Translations under genes and position numbers: made by a program
Source: Candidatus Bathyarchaeia archaeon
GTDB lineage: Archaea; Thermoproteota; Bathyarchaeia; Bathyarchaeales; Bathycorpusculaceae
Direction: 5' to 3'
Assembly: GCA_046706605.1 (NCBI GenBank)
Contig: JBJKPJ010000359.1
Location: 1 to 41,310 of the forward strand
Length of the DNA: 41,310 bases
Notes under the pieces: model-generated
Told to the model about the DNA's origin: nothing
The model's database searches: none
What the model saw: only the letters and a program-made list of their open reading frames with translations
In this document: piece after piece, positions 36,516-41,310 of the stretch
How the letters are laid out: every line of letters starts with the position of its first letter
How positions within the stretch are numbered: position 1 is the stretch's first letter

Positions 36516-36920
36516 TTAAGAGAACACTGAGAATGAGGATTCGCCTTCAGGCTCTTCCTGTTTCTTGTTTAGCTCATCAATTCGTTTTGTGAGTTCTTCG
36601 ACTTCTTTGGTGTTTCCCAGCACCTTTTGGCTGTCGCGCGCCTGCTCAAGTGCGCTTAGGCCGTAGCGTTCGAAGCCTTTAGAGAAAGATGTGTCAGCAG
36701 ATTTCATAAAGAGTTCAACGGCTTTCTCGTAATCTTTGAGGTTAAAGCTGCATTCGCCTGCTTTGTAATTCATTTCGGCAGAACCAAAATAGTTTTGTCC
36801 TTTGTAATAGAGGTCAGCGACTTTGACAAACAGGTCGCGTGCTTCGCTGTATTGACCGTTATCCATCAACGCGTTTGCATCTTTGTGCATTTTGATTGGG
36901 TCTTCTTTAACGTTGCTCAT
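36516..36920 (-). CDS. TPR-like (alpha-SNAP-like) helical repeat protein
   Basis: Repeats GQYSEARDLFVKVADLY, SAEMNYKAGEC, KDYEKAVELFMKSAD. Confidence 0.75.
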   Translation of the reverse strand: MSNVKEDPIKMHKDANALMDNGQYSEARDLFVKVADLYYKGQNYFGSAEMNYKAGECSFNLKDYEKAVELFMKSADTSFSKGFERYGLSALEQARDSQKVLGNTKEVEELTKRIDELNKKQEEPEGESSFSVFS

Positions 36921-37082
36921 TGAGGTTCACGTGCAATAGTTGCGTAAACTCCCATTTAGATTTTCCCTTTCCATCCCATGGAAAAAAGCGACTCCCTCTG
37001 GTTTTTTAACTGTCTCTTTCTTAGCGCATTGTTTAGAAAAAAGAGAAATTGGGGTATACAATAATAGTAGGGAGGGCACTCA

Positions 37083-38492
37083 ATGCATCAAAATTCCCAA
37101 GCAAGACTTGAATGCGTACAATGTGGATCAAAAGTTCTAGTCTACCCGCTTAAAAACACCTGTGAAAAATGTGGTGGACCACTAGAATACAGAGGGATAT
37201 TGCCTAAAAAAAGTACAGTTGATTTTTCTGGGGCACTTGGTTTTTGGAGGTACAGACAAATGCTTCCGCCAGTGAAGAACACTGTAAGTTTAGGTGAAGG
37301 CGGCACCCCTCTGCATAAAGCGGATAGACTTGCAAAAACCATGGGATTAACGAGCCTTTACTTGAAGGACGAAACACGAAACCCCACTAACTCCTATCGA
37401 GACCGCGCCGCTGCATTTTTGACAGCCAACGCCATTGACCAGAAATCTGAAACGCTTGTGTGCGCAACAAATGGCAATATGGGAGCTTCTCTTGCTGCTT
37501 ACACCGCAAAGGCAGGGTTAGTTTGCCATGTTTTGGTTCCTAAAGTTGTTGACGTTGGTAAGCTGGCTCAGATGATTGCTTATGACGCTGTAATTGAGGA
37601 GTCAGGTGACATCGTAGATGACTCCATCCGAAAAGCCGTTGCATTAGCCAAAGAAACGGGCTGGTATCAAGCCACCGCGGAACTTAACCCGCTGGTGGTT
37701 GAAGCCCAAAAAACTATATCTTATGAGATTTATGAGCAGTTCGCTACGCCCGACTGGATTATTGTTTCGATGGGTAGTGGCGGAACTATTTATTCGCTTT
37801 GGAAGGGCTTTTTGGAACTCAAACAGTTGGGGTTAACTGACTCGTTGCCGCGGATGGTGGGAGTTCAAACTGAAGGGTGTGCACCAATAGTCAACGGACT
37901 CACAGACCAGCCAACATTGAAAACGTGCAGCCCGTCCACACGCGCCTTAGCCATCTTAGTAGGGAAACCGTTACAGAGTGAACTTGCCGCAAAAGCAATC
38001 AAAGAATCAAACGGGTTAGCCATAACTGTTTCAGATGCCGACATATTGACAGCTGAACTTAAAGTTGCCAAACTGGAAGGCGTTTTTGCTGAACCAGCAA
38101 GCTCTGCTGCTGTGGCAGCGCTCCAGAAACTAAAAACCAGCCAGATTTCAGCTGACAGTAGTGTTGTGTGTCTGATTACTGGAAGCGGGCTTAAAGCCAC
38201 CGATGTGTTGCAGGCGTTGACGAAGAAACAGAAAGCGGCGGGGTTGGGGGTTGCGGTTAGCACGAAGCAGAAAATTCTTAAGATTTTGAGCGAAAAAGAT
38301 TCTTATGGTTATGGTTTGTGGAAGCAACTGGGCAAGATTATGACGCGAGCTGCAGTGTATCAACATCTTAATGAGTTGTCTGAGAGGGGGTTGGTGGTGG
38401 CTTATGAGGAGAAGGGTAAGAAGTTCTTTCGAGTCACTGAGCGCGGCAGGAAGGTTTTGGCGGCGTTTGATGAGATTCAGGTGCTTTTATGA
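37083..38492 (+). CDS. Threonine-synthase-fold (PLP fold II) protein lacking the catalytic Lys, fused to a C-terminal PadR-like wHTH
   Basis: N-terminal Zn ribbon, SLGEGGTPL, NPTNSYRDR (canonical NPTGSFKDR), GSGG, EPASS, LITGSGLK; C-terminal ILKILSEKDSYGYGLWK...VYQHLNELSERGLV...FRVTERG. Confidence 0.9.
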   Translation: MHQNSQARLECVQCGSKVLVYPLKNTCEKCGGPLEYRGILPKKSTVDFSGALGFWRYRQMLPPVKNTVSLGEGGTPLHKADRLAKTMGLTSLYLKDETRNPTNSYRDRAAAFLTANAIDQKSETLVCATNGNMGASLAAYTAKAGLVCHVLVPKVVDVGKLAQMIAYDAVIEESGDIVDDSIRKAVALAKETGWYQATAELNPLVVEAQKTISYEIYEQFATPDWIIVSMGSGGTIYSLWKGFLELKQLGLTDSLPRMVGVQTEGCAPIVNGLTDQPTLKTCSPSTRALAILVGKPLQSELAAKAIKESNGLAITVSDADILTAELKVAKLEGVFAEPASSAAVAALQKLKTSQISADSSVVCLITGSGLKATDVLQALTKKQKAAGLGVAVSTKQKILKILSEKDSYGYGLWKQLGKIMTRAAVYQHLNELSERGLVVAYEEKGKKFFRVTERGRKVLAAFDEIQVLL

Positions 38493-38505
38493 TGGTTTCG
38501 GCAAG

Positions 38506-38554
38506 TTTATTAGATGGTATAGCTGCAACTATACTAAAGTCACAACTATACTAA
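38506..38554 (+). promoter_or_regulatory. TATA-like box followed by a tandem palindromic operator
   Basis: TTTATTAG at 38506-13, GTATAGCTGCAACTATAC at 38517-34, and CAACTATACTAA repeated at 38526-37 and 38543-54. Confidence 0.7.
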
Positions 38555-38564
38555 GGCAAAAAAC

Positions 38565-39098
38565 ATGCAACAAAAATACAACCCACCCACAGTCTTCAAA
38601 ATAGCGGCAGCCGCAATCTTTGCAGCATTAGTCGCCGCCGCCACCCTACTTTTCGTAATCCCCATCCCCGCAACAAGCGGATACTTCAACCTTGGTGAAA
38701 CTCTCATCTATGTCGCAGCGCTACTTTTTGGGCCGTTTGTGGGGGCAATTGCAGGCGCAGGAGCCTCCATAGCCGACGCATTAGTGGCAGTTCAATTTGC
38801 ACCCGGAACTATTACTATAAAAGCAATTGAGGGCTTTCTTGTGGGTTTTTTGACAAAGAAAATTAACCAAAAAACCAAACGACTCACGCTAAGCGCCACC
38901 ATTGCCATCGTAATTGGCGGACTTGAAATGGTTGCAGGATACTTCTTCTATGAAACCCTCATCCTAAGCTACCCCGTCGCAGCCGCAGCACTTGAAGTCC
39001 CCTTCAACATCGTGCAAATGCTCATTGGCTTATTAATTGCCGTGCCCCTCATGCATGCCGTGATACAGATTTTCCCACAGCTTAAAAGCCAGTTTTAA
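38565..39098 (+). CDS. ECF transporter S component (HmpT/PdxU-like)
   Basis: AxxxA motif in TM1, IPIPATSGYFNLGE, LLFGP, GASIAD; about 6 TM helices in 177 aa. Confidence 0.88.
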   Translation: MQQKYNPPTVFKIAAAAIFAALVAAATLLFVIPIPATSGYFNLGETLIYVAALLFGPFVGAIAGAGASIADALVAVQFAPGTITIKAIEGFLVGFLTKKINQKTKRLTLSATIAIVIGGLEMVAGYFFYETLILSYPVAAAALEVPFNIVQMLIGLLIAVPLMHAVIQIFPQLKSQF

Positions 39099-39111
39099 CA
39101 GAGGATAATCC

Positions 39112-40119
39112 ATGAAGCTTCCCCCTGGAAAAATCCCCATAGACATCCTAAAAGAAGTCGTTTTCAAAAACCTCGGCGCCGCCCGTACCGAAGTCGCCCT
39201 TGGTCCAGCCGCAGGCTTAGACGGGGCAGTTCTGGATTTAGGTGCCAAAAACGTAATCGTCTCCATGGACCCCATCACTGGTGCAGTGGACCGTGTCGGT
39301 TGGGAAGCCATAAACGTCAACGCCAACGACGTTGCCACGTTTGGGGTGGAACCAGCGTTTTTCTTCTCCTGCATCATGCTGCCTGAAGGCGCAGACAGCA
39401 AAATCGTGGAAACCATAAGCACCCAAATGCACACCGCCGCCCAAGAGTTGAGAATAGCCATCGTGGGAGGACACTGCGAGTCAACCCCCGGCTTAGCAAA
39501 CCCGATTGTGGTGGGCTGCATCATGGGGCTAACGGAAAAGGGCAAATACGTCACCGCTGCAGGAGCCAAACCAGGCGATAAACTGATTTTGACTAAAACT
39601 GCAGGTATCGAGGGCACAGCCATATTGGCCTCCGACCGTGAAGCGCAGCTCTCAAAAATCTTTAACCAGACTCTGCTTGAATCAGCTAAAGGCTTCTACA
39701 AGCAGATAAGTGTGGTAAAAGATGCTTTAATAGCTTACAAGGCAGGGGGCGTCCATGCTATGCATGATCCAACAGAGGGCGGCGTCCTTAATGGTATTCA
39801 CGAAATTGCAGATGCTTCGGGTTTGGGGGTGCAGGTTTTTGAAGACAAAATCACCGTTGAACCAGAAACCGCCAAGATTTGCCGTTTATACGAAATTGAC
39901 CCCCTGCAGCTTATCAGCTCTGGCGCGTTGCTCATTGCCGCTGACCCAGTTGCTGCAGACAAAATAATTCAGAATTTATGTAACGAACACATTTTTGCTG
40001 ATGTAATTGGCGAATTCAACCAAAATCCCAACAAACGAATATTTGTCCGCAAAGATGACTCAGCAGAAATGCTTCCAAGACCAACCTCAGACCACCTATG
40101 GATTGCTTTATCGCAGTAA
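39112..40119 (+). CDS. AIR-synthase (PurM/ThiL/HypE/SelD) superfamily protein, PurM-like1 type
   Basis: GKIP, DPITG, NANDVA, GGHCE, GAKPGD, MHDPTEGG, LISSG; 13 bp after the S component. Confidence 0.9.
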   Translation: MKLPPGKIPIDILKEVVFKNLGAARTEVALGPAAGLDGAVLDLGAKNVIVSMDPITGAVDRVGWEAINVNANDVATFGVEPAFFFSCIMLPEGADSKIVETISTQMHTAAQELRIAIVGGHCESTPGLANPIVVGCIMGLTEKGKYVTAAGAKPGDKLILTKTAGIEGTAILASDREAQLSKIFNQTLLESAKGFYKQISVVKDALIAYKAGGVHAMHDPTEGGVLNGIHEIADASGLGVQVFEDKITVEPETAKICRLYEIDPLQLISSGALLIAADPVAADKIIQNLCNEHIFADVIGEFNQNPNKRIFVRKDDSAEMLPRPTSDHLWIALSQ

Positions 40120-40225
40120 ATCAGTTCCAGATTTTTAATAAACCAATTAGCTTGAATCTGATAATGGTTTTTATAGTGCTACCCTGAGATAGAATAATAA
40201 CAATTAATCGGCTAGTGACGCTTAT

Positions 40226-41263
40226 TTGACGGTAGGTTTCAAAAAAGCAGCATCCATAGCGGCACGTTCTCTTGCGCCAAACAAACCTCATCACGCACAG
40301 TGGCTTGTCACCAGAAAATGCAACTATCAATGCGCTGGATGCAATGTTTGGAAAGAACCTGACTTAGGAGAACTCACAGCCGACCAAATAAAAAAAGGAT
40401 TAGATATCCTAAAAAAACTCGGCGTAGTTGACCTAGTAATTTCAGGGGGAAACCCGCTTCTCCGAGACGACATCGGCGAAATAATCAACCACGCTACAAA
40501 ACTTTTTGTCACCACAGTTTACGACAACGGAAGCATGGCTGAAAAAAAGATTGATTTGCTCCGAGACGTGGATTTTGTGGCAATTTCAATCGACAGCCTT
40601 GATGAAGCAAAAAACGACGCCATTAAAGCAGTGCCTGGCGCTTGGCGAAAAGCCACCAAAGCTGTAGAAACCCTACATAACGAAGGGATCAGGGTTAGTG
40701 TTACTCCGACGATTTCACAGAAAAACATCTACGAAATTATGGATATAACCAAGTATTTCACTAGTAAGGGGATCCCAGTTTGGTACAGCCTCTACTCATA
40801 CGACATCAGCATAGATAAAAAACAGTTATTTAAAATCGGAAAACCAAACGACGAGTTCGTCATAACCGACAAGAAAGCAATGGTTGACCTTTGCAACTCA
40901 ATTATTGGGATGAAAAAGAAAAACAACAAAATCCTATTAACTTACCCACTACTTGAGGCACTGCGAGACCTCTACCAAGAAAACAGCAAACGCGACTGGA
41001 AATGCCAAGCATTAAACCAATTTTTGGTAGTGGACAATTTAGGCAGAGTTGCAGGCTGCCACAGCCACAACTTTGCCAGCTCCATCTTTGATTTGCCTAA
41101 GCAGTGGAAAAGCAGCGAATTTGAAAAGCTACGAAAAAGCTACCGCGAATGCACCCAATGCAGCTATCTTTGCTACGTGTTTTACTCGTTGCATGGCAGC
41201 CCAAAAGGCAACCTATCACTTGCCAAGGATCAGTGGAAAAACGCCAAGCTAATTTTCAAATAA
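40226..41263 (+). CDS. Radical SAM protein with C-terminal SPASM/twitch-like cysteines
   Basis: CNYQCAGC, SGGNP, ISID; C-terminal CQA...GRVAGC...CTQCSYLC. Confidence 0.9.
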   Translation: MTVGFKKAASIAARSLAPNKPHHAQWLVTRKCNYQCAGCNVWKEPDLGELTADQIKKGLDILKKLGVVDLVISGGNPLLRDDIGEIINHATKLFVTTVYDNGSMAEKKIDLLRDVDFVAISIDSLDEAKNDAIKAVPGAWRKATKAVETLHNEGIRVSVTPTISQKNIYEIMDITKYFTSKGIPVWYSLYSYDISIDKKQLFKIGKPNDEFVITDKKAMVDLCNSIIGMKKKNNKILLTYPLLEALRDLYQENSKRDWKCQALNQFLVVDNLGRVAGCHSHNFASSIFDLPKQWKSSEFEKLRKSYRECTQCSYLCYVFYSLHGSPKGNLSLAKDQWKNAKLIFK

Positions 41264-41310
41264 GCTAAGTTTCAACGTTTGAGATAAATCCAATCAGCTC
41301 CAACGGAATT

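Noticed and set aside
37083-38492. Calling this gene thrC
   Set aside because: The Schiff-base Lys is replaced by Arg and a wHTH is fused, so the symbol is withheld.
40226-41263. Radical SAM gene as part of the ECF/PurM-like unit
   Set aside because: The 106-bp gap has its own AT-rich promoter-like sequence and no operator copy; linkage is unsupported without synteny data.
1-41310. CRISPR arrays, tRNA/rRNA, inteins, IS elements
   Set aside because: No regularly spaced repeats, cloverleaf or rRNA signatures, oversized host proteins or transposase ORFs were recognised by eye. tRNAscan-SE and Infernal would be needed to exclude small RNAs.

Overview
Archaeal chromosomal segment, inferred (not database-checked) to be TACK-type and most like Bathyarchaeia. 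The basis is a crenarchaeal-style F-E-A-B-D-x-K ATP synthase order, a Cren7-like protein, TBP, the secE-spt5-uL11-uL1-uL10 cluster, RHDVxN-type PAS kinases and many TTG/GTG starts. In order the window holds: an A/V-type ATP synthase locus (atpI divergent and cut by the window edge, a USP gene inserted in the operon), a FAM173/aKMT-like lysine methyltransferase, an Lhr helicase, a Cren7-like Zn-ribbon gene missed by the ORF track, signal peptidase, TBP, pyrE, two convergent PAS histidine kinases, LarA, an Ard1-like acetyltransferase, a ribosomal/secE cluster, dtdA, an atypical OTCase, ilvC, an SDR, MoeB/UbaA, DNA ligase, a degenerate RadA-like protein and a radical SAM enzyme. No rRNA, tRNA, CRISPR array or transposase was recognised. 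The best candidate for an undescribed system is at 37083-40119. A threonine-synthase-fold protein has Arg in place of the PLP Schiff-base lysine and is fused to a PadR-like winged helix. It is followed by a tandem palindromic operator just downstream of a TATA box, then an ECF S-component and a PurM/ThiL-like ATP-dependent enzyme. This suggests a pseudoenzyme-based sensor-repressor of a vitamin (B6 or thiamine-precursor) salvage unit, which is an inference. A 19-bp G.U-containing RNA hairpin at about 22.8 kb is also unexplained.
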